Positions 35,188 through 46,189 of a stretch of 64,000 nucleotides of DNA are shown here, in pieces. The notes beneath the pieces were generated by a model. The model did not search any database. It was not told the origin of the DNA and saw only the letters and a program-made list of their open reading frames with translations. Origin of the DNA: Amoebophrya sp. A120. Lineage: Eukaryota > Protista > Dinoflagellata. The DNA lies in contig CAJINV010000013.1 of the NCBI GenBank assembly GCA_905178155.1, positions 1,202,392 to 1,266,391 of the forward strand. The letters run 5' to 3'. Every line of letters starts with the position of its first letter. The stretch's first letter is position 1. The position numbers and the translations under genes are program-made.

Positions 35188-36759
35188 TCAGTGCGTGGCC
35201 CCCCCGGAGGGGTCCACGCCGTGCTTCTTGAGGAGTTCTTGTACTTTTTGCACGTATGTCTTTTCCGCCTCTTCTTTGGGCATTCCCTTGTGTTTTATCC
35301 ACGCGTTGTGCTTGGCGACGTGGTGGGATCCTAGTCTTGCGTCGGCTTTTCCAGTGGGGTGGTCGCCGAAAAGGCCCTGCTTGAAGTACCCATAGAGCTC
35401 CAGCTGCTCCGGGGGAGTCACCTTCCGCCCGAGGCCCTGTATCAGCTCGCAGGCCTCCTCAATGTCGTCCCCGTGGGCCACATTCCATGACTCGTCGCCT
35501 GCGGTGGATGTGAAGTTCAAGTTTCATCTTTGACAATAACTACTTAGCTTTTAACGATGGCAGAAAAAAAAACGCGCCCTCCTCCTACCTCCGCTGCTCT
35601 ACTTCTAGCTACTTCTACACGCAGTAGGTACTAAGACAAGATCATGTTTTTTCTGTCGCCAAAGCAAAACTAAAAACAGCAAACAACTATAAACATACTA
35701 TCTGGCATCCCGATTCGTCGCCAGAATCTCCTGCAGGTGACACCGTCGTAGGTGATCTCCCAAATGATTTCTTCATTGTCGGGCGAGACGTGCCGAATTT
35801 GCTGGATCTCCTGCCCCCATCGTGTGTAAACGAGTAACTCCAGCTTCTTATCTGTCCACTTCGCCTTGCAATCCAGCGGCCCGTCGAAAGTCATCAGCTT
35901 TTGCGACACGTAGTCATCTGTTGAAGTCATGGATCAAAAAAGTTTTTAGCATGCTGAACTCGGGATGATTGAAGGAAGCTAACATCCTCCCGGCAAAAGC
36001 AAATTCATTCCGTGCCACTGGGTAGCTAATGTTGGCTGCGTCTTTACGGCAAGCTTCAATTTCTTAGCGGCACGAAAATCAAGATTACCATCAAATTCAC
36101 CTATGATATTGAATAACGTCATTTCTGAATAAAAGTAAAAAATCTCCAATACCGACGCCAATTTTGATTTCTTGCTTGACGCTTCTGCCCATGCCGAAGG
36201 TTTCGATTTGCATGATGTTCGTGTCTTTGTCGTCGAGCGAGACCTTCATCATCGATCGGCCCGCACCGTACTTGACGGCCGTCATGGCCTGCTGCTGGTA
36301 GTCGCTGACGCCCACCTGCTCGGCGAGCTCCTTGGCCTTGACCACGCCCTGCTGCACCCAGAGCCCGGAGAACCGCTGCGCCACCTCCTCCAGCGTGTCC
36401 ACCACTATCTCCTTCGCCTTCCGTCGGTCCGCCAGCACCTTTCCGGGCGACCGGTGCTGCGTGGTGAGGCGCTCCCGGAGCGACTTCGGGGCCTCCACCA
36501 CCTCCTCCTCCTGCACCGGTTCCTCCGCGGCGGCCTTGCCGCCGCCGCAGCAGCCCCCGCCCTTCTTCTTCTTCACCGGGGCGGCCGCGGGGGCGGCCGG
36601 CTTGGCGGTCTCCGCCTCATCCGCGGGCTTGTCCAGCTCCGTGGACCCGCCCAGATTGGTCTCCGCGACCGTGGCGGCGGCCTCGTCCAGCAGCTTCTGC
36701 GTCTTCTCCAGCTCCTGGATATCCACCTGGTTGGGATCCACCGGGGCGTCGTCCGGCAT
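35188..36759 (-). CDS. Acyl-CoA-binding protein (ACBP domain) preceded by a FABP/calycin-like domain; 3 exons, about 378 aa
   Basis: ACBP: QLELYGYFKQG..GD...KHNAW...KGM.KEEA...YVQKV. FABP-like: RFSGLW...LAEQVGV...EITYDGVTCRRFWRR. Phase-1 GT-AG introns at 35918-36152 and 35499-35698 give a 1137-nt CDS. Confidence 0.8.
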
Positions 36760-37972
36760 CCTCCTGGTCGTCGCGCCCGCTGTACGCGATGGGGAAGCAA
36801 TCAGCAAAAATCTAGTTGTTTCGACTGAAAAGTTTCTTGTTACAGCCCTGTCTTTACCGAGAGGGCCTGGGTCGTTTAGGGAGGATTATCCCCTACGTTA
36901 CGATCATCATAAATCAAGTGGGGGACGAAGAGGCACCGCACTCTGCACAGAGAGTTGCGGTACAAATTCCACTCGCACTGTAGCAGTACTAGGACTAGCG
37001 CAAATAAAGTAGTCTTACTGGGGAAAATAACAGACACGGGGAAATCCTGTTTCGCGAAGGTTGTATAGTGTATTTGTAGTCGATTCATTGCAGCATTATT
37101 TTGGACGACATGCTTGTTAGTACGATAGTCTACAACCAAAGGAGCATCGCGCTACCTCTGTTCATCACGAATCACGTAAATCGCTACTTACCGAGGTTTT
37201 TTTGTCAAGCTGTCACTAACTCCGGTGCCTGTTCCGATTAATGTGTACTTATCATCCGGGATGAAATCTTCTGCACGATAGTACAATCTGCTGCACGATA
37301 CTTTGGCTTTCAACCGAGCACTGACATTCACCTACAAATAGAATCTACGTACCGATCAGTGATTGTTTTTTTTCTGTACGAGAGATGTCCTTGTTGCACG
37401 AACCGATGAGAGTTGTTTTTCTTTCTCTCTAAAACTATCGATCCGTAGTAAAGTCGGAGGATGAAAGTGTGTGAGAGTTTAGAACGCGAAGAATCACGCT
37501 GACCCGCCGTCTAGCGACTCTTCGTCACAAGCATCGGCCAGGTCGTATCTGCTTTTGAATAATCTCTTCCAGTCTTTTCATTTTGCAGTCTAGGCTTACT
37601 TTGCTACAACATCTGACCAAAAGTTGAATTGACATCATGCTTGTCTCTCTTCTTCTGTGTGAAATCTACAACTCGCATACGACAATTGTTGACACCAATG
37701 AATGTTCTTACACAATGTTGACCTAAAGAACTTGTACTTGAACCAACTTGTTACATAAACGCAAAAATATACGAAGCTTTTACACTTCGTATCGTCATGT
37801 CGCTAGATGTAGGAGTACTACATCCTGCGGAGACAAGGATAGAGTCCGTGAAAACCAATACTAAAGCTGCTGAAAAATGAAGACATACAGAGAGTTTCGT
37901 TTTCTTTTGCTTGAAAAAATTCAATAATATCTAGCTACCAGGCATTTCACACGCATGCATTTGGAGGACTTT

Positions 37973-40900
37973 TCAAAGCCCGCCCCCGAAACAGCCCCCG
38001 CCGCGAAAAAATAGCGATCGAAGCAGGGAATGCGGCGACCGCCTCCGTCCGGCGTAGCAGGCCAGCACCGGCGTCGCAGTTCCCGGGCTCCCGGGTGGTG
38101 TGGCGTTGGGGCTGGAGCTGGGACTCGCCGTTGCGCTGGAGCGACCAGAGGGTCGCGTGGCGGTGCTGCTTCGCGACGAAGCTGCGTCACCATAATTTAT
38201 TCGACGAGGGGAACCCGCCGACGACGAGGGACTGCCGCGAGAGCTGGGCGTCATCGAAGAAGGTAATGGAGGAGAGGAGCCAGGCACGCTACAGGTAGTA
38301 GAACGGCCTCCCGAAGATGACGCTGCTGGGGAGTTGTAGGACCCATTAGCCTCTCCCTCGTCCCTTTGGTGGCTTTCGAACAAGTCCTGGCCGTCGCAAT
38401 AGAGCTCGTATTCGCAGCTGTTCCCCGGTAGTCCCCCGTAGTTCCTTGTCGTTTCTTCTATACCGTTCTTTGAATCTCTCGCTGCGAGCCCCGCACTGGC
38501 TGCCGCGGTGGTGGTCCATCGCGGTGAACCGTCAAAAACGCGGTCGGCTCGGTTTGAAGACAGAAAAATCGTCATCTCGCTTTCGAGAGGATTTTCCGCC
38601 TTGACGTGCCAAAAAACACTGAAATACTCGTCCGCGGCATGTGCACCATCATTCGCCGTTGTTCTCGTCCTCGTGCTTCCTGCTTTGCTGTTCCGTCGCT
38701 CGAGTGAAGATCCAGTCCGCATGGGTATCGGCAGTCCGCCAGTGCGGCGCAAGTGTTTTACCTCCGGCACGTCGGTACCTCTTTCCGCCGTCGACGAGGG
38801 CGTGAATCGGATTTCCTCTGTGAAGCCCGCGAGTGGTGAGTTGATGTTGTGATCCCTACCGTGGTGACCCTGAGCAGCGTGGCGAAATAAATTCAGCGTT
38901 ATTTGGAACGCGGTTCGCCGATGGTACTTCTGCAACCAGACATAGGTTCGCTCCAGCGTGGTCTCCTGCGACGTCCCATCGTTCTGATGTGCGCTATAAG
39001 TTTTTGCCTCGTCGTGGCTTGTTGTTGTTTCACGACTTCCCCCAGTAGCTCCATTTGTTCTTCCTTCACAAGAAGAAAATGCAGGCACAGTACATCGCCC
39101 ACCACTTCCGCACCGTGGTGCTTCCACGGGGCCACCCTCATCTGCCCCTTGTCTCGCTTTGCGCCGCAACAGCTCCCTTCCGATCCACTTCGCCAGAAAC
39201 CGCCCCGTCAAGACCCGGTGCACCGACACTTGGTCTTCGGATCGCGTCCACCGCTTCAGCTCGCGCTGTCGACGAAAGTAGAAGGTCGACTCGATGCCGT
39301 CGCATTCCGCGGACTCGGGCGGAGGCACGCCTCTGGGCCGGTGGAACGCGCAGCGAGGATCGGTTTTGTCCCAGGACGTTGCGGGATCCTCGTGTGGTTG
39401 CCTGCTGCTGTGGGTGAGCAATGTAGGCTGCTGTCGGGACAGGCTTTCGACCGCACAAGAGCTGGATGACGACGAGGACGAGGACGATCTCTGCGCGTGG
39501 TCGACGCTGCTCGTCGGGCCTTGTTCAATTTCTTCACTACACGTGTTCCTCTTCACCCCCCCGCAGCCAGCATCTGGTCCTCGTCCATAATGCGCAGCAG
39601 TAGTGGAAGATGCAATGCAAGTAGAAGCCGTAGATACTGTTTCCGACGAAGTCGTGTTCGTAGCCGTAATAGTACTCATCCGCCTGTTGCAAAAGGCATG
39701 GTCCCCATGATTTTTACCATTGGTACTAAAGAATTGGAAGCCCTTTGGCAACAGAAAGGAAGATATCCCGTGGTTCGACGCCGCGTGGTATTCTTTGCCG
39801 CGCCACAGCACATACGAAGGCCAGCGCGGCTCCAGGGTAATCTGCTCACGGCCGTCGGCAGTAGAAGCGGTGCCACCACTGCTGGGCGAAGAGGGCGAGG
39901 AGGTTACACCCCCGTTGCGGCTTTTTACCCAATATGTGTCCTCGAGCTCGTCAAACATCGCTTGAGGTTTGCCAGTTGGATGCACTAGCGGATTAGTAGT
40001 GAGTTCCGGGCCCGCTGGCCCCAGGTCTTGGTTGCGCAGATGAAGATGATCATGCGTCATCAGATTACCGTAATGGTTTCTCGGCCAGTGAAGTAGCTCC
40101 GCATTTTGCCGCTGCTGCACTCTGGCTTCGTTCCGAGCGTGCGCCCGGGCGCGGCTAGCCGCGTACAACTTTTTATCGAACAGATCATCAAAGAGAAACG
40201 GATAGTAGCCGGAAACGCAGCCGCGGTCCGTGGAAGAATTGCTCTTGGTTCTTTTACCGCCACTCTCGGTGGATGCAGTGGAAACACTACCGCTGGCGGG
40301 GGCAACGCCGCGAGCACGATCCTGCTCGTTGCCTCTTTCTCTTGAAGGTACTCCGGCATAATGTAGTCCGCTAGCAATCCTAGCTGCTGCTGCTGCTTCC
40401 GATGTGCCATTTCCTGTTGTGCTCTCAACACGACGCGGCGGCGGCGCAAATACACCGTCGGAAGTCGATTGAGAATCATCTTCCCTTATTCCCAGTGGCG
40501 GGCGAGGCGCCACGGCTTCATCTGGTCGCGCTGCTGCTGCTGGCACGTCTGTCTGCTGGATTTCGATTTCATCACTGCTGCTGGTGCTTTCCGTGTCTTC
40601 GATTGTGTCCTTCCGAAAGCGGAATTTCGAAAATTGCCGGATCAACGAAAGCACATTGTCGTCAAAGCTGCCGCGCTTTAGCTGTGGAGGGAGGAGGGAA
40701 TTTTCCGACATTGTAGTTTCGCCTGCTCCAACAGTTTTTTCGTCTTTATTTTCATCTTCGGGGGATGACAAAGCCGCAGCAGGTCCCGAAACCGCACTGC
40801 CATCGAGGAAGAACCGTTTCTCATAGTACCTTTCTGGTCGTGTAATCGTTGCACCATTGAGCTGGGACTGATTTGGTTGCTTTGCGGATGAGAGCCCAAT

Positions 40901-41443
40901 GATCGCCTCGGCAGGTATACTGTCGGCAGCCGCCGCCTGAAGATCCTGACGCAGCTTAGTGTTTTTAGCGACGAGAGGTGGGACGGCCTCGCCGCTGCCC
41001 ATGTCTTCATCGTGGTAAGAAAAGTCCCGCAACGTCAAGACTGCGCCTAGATCCAGCGGCTGTGTCTTTTTCGCTTTCGTCGTTGTCGCGAGAGCAAGCG
41101 CCGATGGGTGGCGACGACTAATAACGGCCAGGGCAACGAAGCAAAAATGACACCAAAGCGATGATGGTGGTTTGGCCGGTGCGCTGCGCCTTCTTTCTCG
41201 TGGTCCACTACTCAGAAACATTTGTGCGCGCATCGCAAATCTGACGTAAAGTTTGAAGGAAGAAAATAGGATACTTAGCTTGTGGACAGACCAAAATAAA
41301 CGACAGACCAAAACTACATTTTTGGTGCTATAGGAAGTAGACAAAGCAAGCACGTAGTGGAGAGCAATCATTGGGCTTGCGTCTGGGCGCGTGAAAAAAA
41401 GGAAAACATGAGTACAACCAACGCGTGCCCGATCGTCATTCAA
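37973..41443 (-). CDS. Hypothetical Ser/Thr-rich protein, possibly secreted
   Basis: 1156-codon stop-free ORF; likely start near 41233 (MRAQMF), followed by a hydrophobic segment. No recognisable domain. Confidence 0.6.
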   Translation of the reverse strand: MNDDRARVGCTHVFLFFTRPDASPMIALHYVLALSTSYSTKNVVLVCRLFWSVHKLSILFSSFKLYVRFAMRAQMFLSSGPRERRRSAPAKPPSSLWCHFCFVALAVISRRHPSALALATTTKAKKTQPLDLGAVLTLRDFSYHDEDMGSGEAVPPLVAKNTKLRQDLQAAAADSIPAEAIIGLSSAKQPNQSQLNGATITRPERYYEKRFFLDGSAVSGPAAALSSPEDENKDEKTVGAGETTMSENSLLPPQLKRGSFDDNVLSLIRQFSKFRFRKDTIEDTESTSSSDEIEIQQTDVPAAAARPDEAVAPRPPLGIREDDSQSTSDGVFAPPPRRVESTTGNGTSEAAAAARIASGLHYAGVPSRERGNEQDRARGVAPASGSVSTASTESGGKRTKSNSSTDRGCVSGYYPFLFDDLFDKKLYAASRARAHARNEARVQQRQNAELLHWPRNHYGNLMTHDHLHLRNQDLGPAGPELTTNPLVHPTGKPQAMFDELEDTYWVKSRNGGVTSSPSSPSSGGTASTADGREQITLEPRWPSYVLWRGKEYHAASNHGISSFLLPKGFQFFSTNGKNHGDHAFCNRRMSTITATNTTSSETVSTASTCIASSTTAAHYGRGPDAGCGGVKRNTCSEEIEQGPTSSVDHAQRSSSSSSSSSSCAVESLSRQQPTLLTHSSRQPHEDPATSWDKTDPRCAFHRPRGVPPPESAECDGIESTFYFRRQRELKRWTRSEDQVSVHRVLTGRFLAKWIGRELLRRKARQGADEGGPVEAPRCGSGGRCTVPAFSSCEGRTNGATGGSRETTTSHDEAKTYSAHQNDGTSQETTLERTYVWLQKYHRRTAFQITLNLFRHAAQGHHGRDHNINSPLAGFTEEIRFTPSSTAERGTDVPEVKHLRRTGGLPIPMRTGSSLERRNSKAGSTRTRTTANDGAHAADEYFSVFWHVKAENPLESEMTIFLSSNRADRVFDGSPRWTTTAAASAGLAARDSKNGIEETTRNYGGLPGNSCEYELYCDGQDLFESHQRDEGEANGSYNSPAASSSGGRSTTCSVPGSSPPLPSSMTPSSRGSPSSSAGSPRRINYGDAASSRSSTATRPSGRSSATASPSSSPNATPPGSPGTATPVLACYAGRRRSPHSLLRSLFFRGGGCFGGGL

Positions 41444-42688
41444 CCCTCAAAACCAACGAGACGCTTTGCGTTCCATAAAGATCCAGCCATGATTTCTTCT
41501 TCTCCTCTTGCGCTACTTGAAACAGAAAACGACCGCAAAAACACACACACAACTTTACAGCCCGTTTCCGGATGCCTTTGTTGCACCCCTCCATAGCGGT
41601 CTCTTTCGTATCTCGTTTTCCGTTCCCCACAGGAGACTAAGTTTTTTGTTACAACGAACGGATCCTGCCGCGTGAGAAATCCTGCTGCTGCTTGTCAAAA
41701 TTGGATGCTAGAAGTAACGGGCTGAAAAAGTTCTATTTGGCGCCGACGTGCCTGTGCCGTCTGCTCCTCTGCACGGGCTTTTGTCTTGCTTTCGCATAAT
41801 AAATTCATCTTCTGCTTAATAAAATACAATCTGCTTTTTATAAGTACAAAACATTTTCCGAAACTGCTGGCGAAATACTTTATTCTTTTCACGATAATCG
41901 GGAAGAGGCAGTGCTGTGCCTGCCTACCGTCCACCTGTCGGTCTTCGTAGCAATAGCTCGCTGCGTGATAAAATTACCTGTACTGATCAAATGCTCTGCT
42001 GCTGCTGTACTGTCTAGTAAAATTCGTCTAGTGAAATTAAACATGAAGGTGCTGAAACTGAAACGCTTTATTTTTGGAAGCTGAAAACATTAAAACAGGC
42101 GTGGCAAGAATTTTTGCCACGAGGAAGTTGAAACCGGCTTTTCTTCTGTGCTGTTGCTATCTCCGAGCGCCGCGTGACGATTGCAACAATTTTAGTGTAA
42201 ATGACAAAATAGAAGGAGAGTTGCTGTAGAGTGCGTATCTCTAGTTAGCGAAAAAGTACGATCGATGTTCCTTCTTGTTTTGCCAGTGCCGAGGCAGAAA
42301 TAAACAAGGTAGGATTTTTATAGCATCAAATCGTTCGTCCACAACTTGAGATGGGAATATGTTCGCAACACCGTGGCCGCATCTTGATTCTACAGTCTCG
42401 TTTCCTTTCTGTTCTCCTTCTCATCTTGTCGAAACAAAATTTTTCTCGTCTGCTTGTTGAAAATTTTTCTTCACCCACTGAAATACCTGAGACGAATTTT
42501 CACGACATATTTTTCTTCTCATGCTACTTTCTGGACACGATGCAACAAGAAGGAACTCCCTACTTCCGAACATGTTGGTTGCAACCTAATGACATCAGGA
42601 CCAGGAAATTCCAATTCTACAATGTCAATGGTACTAAACAACCACCGGTGATGAACGAAAAACAAAAAAAACTGTACCACAAGCAGCT

Positions 42689-43736
42689 TCACGCCTTCTG
42701 CATGTTGAGGGTGTACTGCAGGCAGTCCAGTCCTTTGGGCGTGAACCGGGTGGCCGGCGGGGGGTAGGCGTCCTTGGTGGTGCTGCTGCCCTCGATTTCG
42801 CCCGGGGGCAACCAGGACACGTAGCTGGACGCGGAGTTGAACCCAGTTCCCTCGCCGTAGATTGCCGGGGTGTAGGGCTTTTCCTTTTCTATCGCCGATC
42901 CCACGTTCCCGTGTACCGAGTTCAGGTACGCCGATGTTTGCGGAGTGAAGGTGCTGAAGGTTGATATTATAAATCGATGTTGTCTTGACTCTTGAGAAAA
43001 CAAGTCGTGGTGATTGCTTCACTCTGAAGATGAGTCACAGACATAAGAGACCTCCAAATAAGACGCAAAAGACACAACAACTCATGGAGATTTCACCATG
43101 CTGCATGCTTACCCGAAATTCAAATCATAGGTGCAGCTGCAAACGCATTTATATATACCACATTTTTTCGTCCTCTGCGGTGAGCGATTCCGCCTGTGCC
43201 TCGACCCCCCGGTAGTTCAGGACCGCCTTTGGCGGTGGTGGTGGCGCCTCGTTGAGAATCAATTTCCTGTTTGGCAGGGGTTCGTACGTGACGTGCTTGC
43301 CCACACGGTAGTTCACGAGTGGATCCTCCGGATTGATGGCTGTTTTTTTTTCATGAACAAAATCAGACTCCTGCTTGAGCAGGTTTCGCTCGGTCGTCGA
43401 CCCACAAAAATGTCCTTCTGGTTCTAGCTGAACTGAATGACGCATGCCAATAGATGATGCGTACACGTAGTTCTGCCCTACTGAAAAGAAAACACGACCA
43501 TCTTCTCATTAACAAAAGAACGAAAGCTTACGTTCCTTCGGCAAGGCATTTGGTGCGGGGATCGAGTAGCCGAACTTTTGCTTGGCGCCGTGCTCGTGAC
43601 CGCTGTAGCCCGGCGGAAATCGGCTGCGCGGGTGGGTCTTGCACTCGTTCATCTCATTGTAGGTCGACTCAAGCGTGCCCTGCGGGTTGTTGCCCACATT
43701 GGGCACGAAGCCCTTCGGATAGTACCGATCCGTCAT
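42689..43736 (-). CDS. Pro/Tyr/Gly-rich protein, possible flagellar microtubule inner protein; 3 exons
   Basis: Three GC-rich ORF blocks (43509-43736, 43149-43466, 42689-43003) separated by AT-richer gaps. Motifs PPGYSGH, GTGFN, STTKDAY. Exact splice sites uncertain. Confidence 0.55.
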
Positions 43737-44798
43737 GGCTTGTTCTTACCACAAATTCCCACTTCTGTAGTGTCCTTCTACACGCGAAAAAAAAACTACA
43801 CTTATTTTGTTGACGACTTCTCGGTTGTTTGCCCGAACGATATTGCCGCGTAGCGACTTTTGCGACGCTACCCTTCTGCCGCGGCAACAAACGGTGGTGA
43901 TGCTACGAAACAGCCGGGAGGGAAACTGAGAATAAAATCAACAATGTTGCGCAACTACTAGTGAGACCGTTCATGATGCGCCAAGTACGCTAGTACTGTC
44001 GGAGCCGGAAGAACGAAGAAAAAGTCATTTCAAGCTGCACGACGGGGGGTTGTACGTACTTCTACCTTCTACCAACGACAAAAACTCCCTTTACTTGACG
44101 TGGTACGATGTTGCTCTATTCAAACTAAGCGTCGCACGATCGGTATTTTTCTCTCTTGCATCTCCTCTGACAGCATGCTAGTCCGAGAAGGTACGTCACA
44201 GGAACGACCCTGTATAGTAACTTCTTGCTCTTGGAGAACTAGAGAGAACGAACTGCAGGCAGCGTGTAGTAGTCATGTACGAACGTACTACGAGGACGGA
44301 GTGTACAAATTCATTCCCGACCTTCGATAATATTGTACCTCTTTGAGCCCTGTACTCATTTCTGCTCTCTACCTCGGTTTTTTTTTTACTGCGTGCCAAA
44401 TGAGCTCAACGAAACGCGACTTTTCTAAAAATGAATTACGTGCGTACAAGTTCGGTCTTTCAGTTTTTCTTGAGCAGCGGGCACGACGTCGAGTCTCGAT
44501 AGCAAAAAGAGGCGCGACCAGAGAACAGCCATACAAGAACTGGTACGACGCTGCCGTTGGCTGACCAGACATATCTGCTCACTTTGCATCTGAACGAAGA
44601 ACGAAGCTGCTGCTGGTAGCGTGAGCAAATAAATCGGAGTGCCTTAAATAATCCTAATTTCTGGGAAAAAGTCAAAGTGGGCTTGTCGTGATGGTCATGC
44701 CCGTACGAGAGGATTTGTTCGTTTCACGGGCTTGCGTGGTCATGCAGCATTTCCTGTAGCGGTGCAAAGTCGTAAGGCACATCCGCAAAATCGACGCC

Positions 44799-46189
44799 CT
44801 ACTGCAGTACTCGCACCAAGGTAAGGCCGTCTGCGATGCCCACTGGTATGCTTGGAAAGCCGCATTTATTTGTTCTGGCGTTTAGTCGGACATGCATGGA
44901 CATGCAAATAAAAATCTAGTCGGACATCGAATTTCTTTGTCGCTGGATACATTCTTGCTACGCCCACCATCTTTCTTCATACACGTCATCGACAGCTGCC
45001 ATCTAATTTCCTTACTCAAGGCTAAGATCGGAGTTTGACCAGGCCGAAAAAAATACTGCTTTACTGTTCCCCGATGGATACGCAGGACGATGTCGACCCG
45101 AGGATCACTCGCGAGTTTCTCGTTTACCGCCTGGATTCCCTTTGCGTCCGCGGTTTTTTGGTCCTCGGGGGGCAAGATGAATTTGCCGAAGTACAGAGTG
45201 TTATCTATGGCGATGATCCCGTTCTTCTTGACCAACTGGAGTGCGCACTCGTAGTAATTTGGGTAGTTCGCTTTGTCTGCGTCGATAAAGCAGAGGTCGA
45301 GCGATATTCTGATTAAAAACGACCCTGCTCCGTATTTGTTGCACAAATCTGCAATGGATCATGCACAGAAAAGAATGAATGGCTTCTTATGCGCAGCCCC
45401 ATGAGGAGCACTTCGTAGTGGTGTTTCTGAAATATTTTCAATCATGTCCTAATCGGGATAAGTAAAGCGGTCAGGAAGTTGTGATGCGACATCTCATAGC
45501 CACGAACGGCTGCACTACGCGTCGGAATTATAAAATGCGGAGTTCATCACAAAGCTGCCTCTGGGTTTGTCTAGCAGATTTCCCTTCTTGCCTACGAGAA
45601 CGTGGGGACCAGGTCATGTATTTTTACTCAGCGTAAATGATTTTTTGTAGTTTTCGAACCTATCGTTTAACATCTCCTGCATCTTCTGTAATGCAGGGCC
45701 GACTCGGAAATCAATCTTGCTGCTGACGTTCGCCTTTTCCCAGAATTTTTTTCCGGTCGCTGCGAAATCTGCGGACACGTCCAGACCAACAACCAGTCCG
45801 TCTTTCGGCAGCGCCTGCGCGAAGAGCAACGTCGTGCTACCCCGGAACACCCCGACCTCGAGAACCTTCTTCGCGTCTATCAGCTTGCACAGCCAGGAAA
45901 GAAACAGCGCTTCGTCGGGCGATCCCATCATGTTGGCCTGCGGTAGCGCAGCGATTTCGTCCTCCATGGCCTTAAATTCCGACGTCACAAAGTTACTGTT
46001 GTAATCCAGTAGGTAGCTGTAGGTCTCCGGCACCTGCGCAACGGTCGGCGGTAACTGGTGCTTTGCCACGTTCTGGATTTGCTTATGGCGTTCGTTGGTT
46101 TGGTTTGTTGACAGTTCCGGGTTTAACCCGGCACCCTGGTCACAACACGGCAGGGTTTTTGCGAGCGTGGAGAGGAAGGAAGACAGCAT
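44799..46189 (-). CDS. SAM-dependent O-methyltransferase (caffeoyl-CoA OMT / Methyltransf_3 type)
   Basis: AKKVLEVGVFRGSTTL.FA.ALP.DG, KIDFRVGPAL, DLCFIDADKANYPNYYE, GIIAIDNTL, and a last exon GIADGLTL. One family B element and one GT-AG intron. Confidence 0.92.
45305..45635. mobile_element. Family B TIR intronic element, 331 bp, degenerate
   Basis: Internal similarity to 11614-11892 (TTTGTCTAGCAGAT...CTTG). TA termini. Flanks AGCGA and AATGA match at 3 of 5 positions. Removal gives NYKKS(F/L)DLCFIDADK. Confidence 0.8.
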
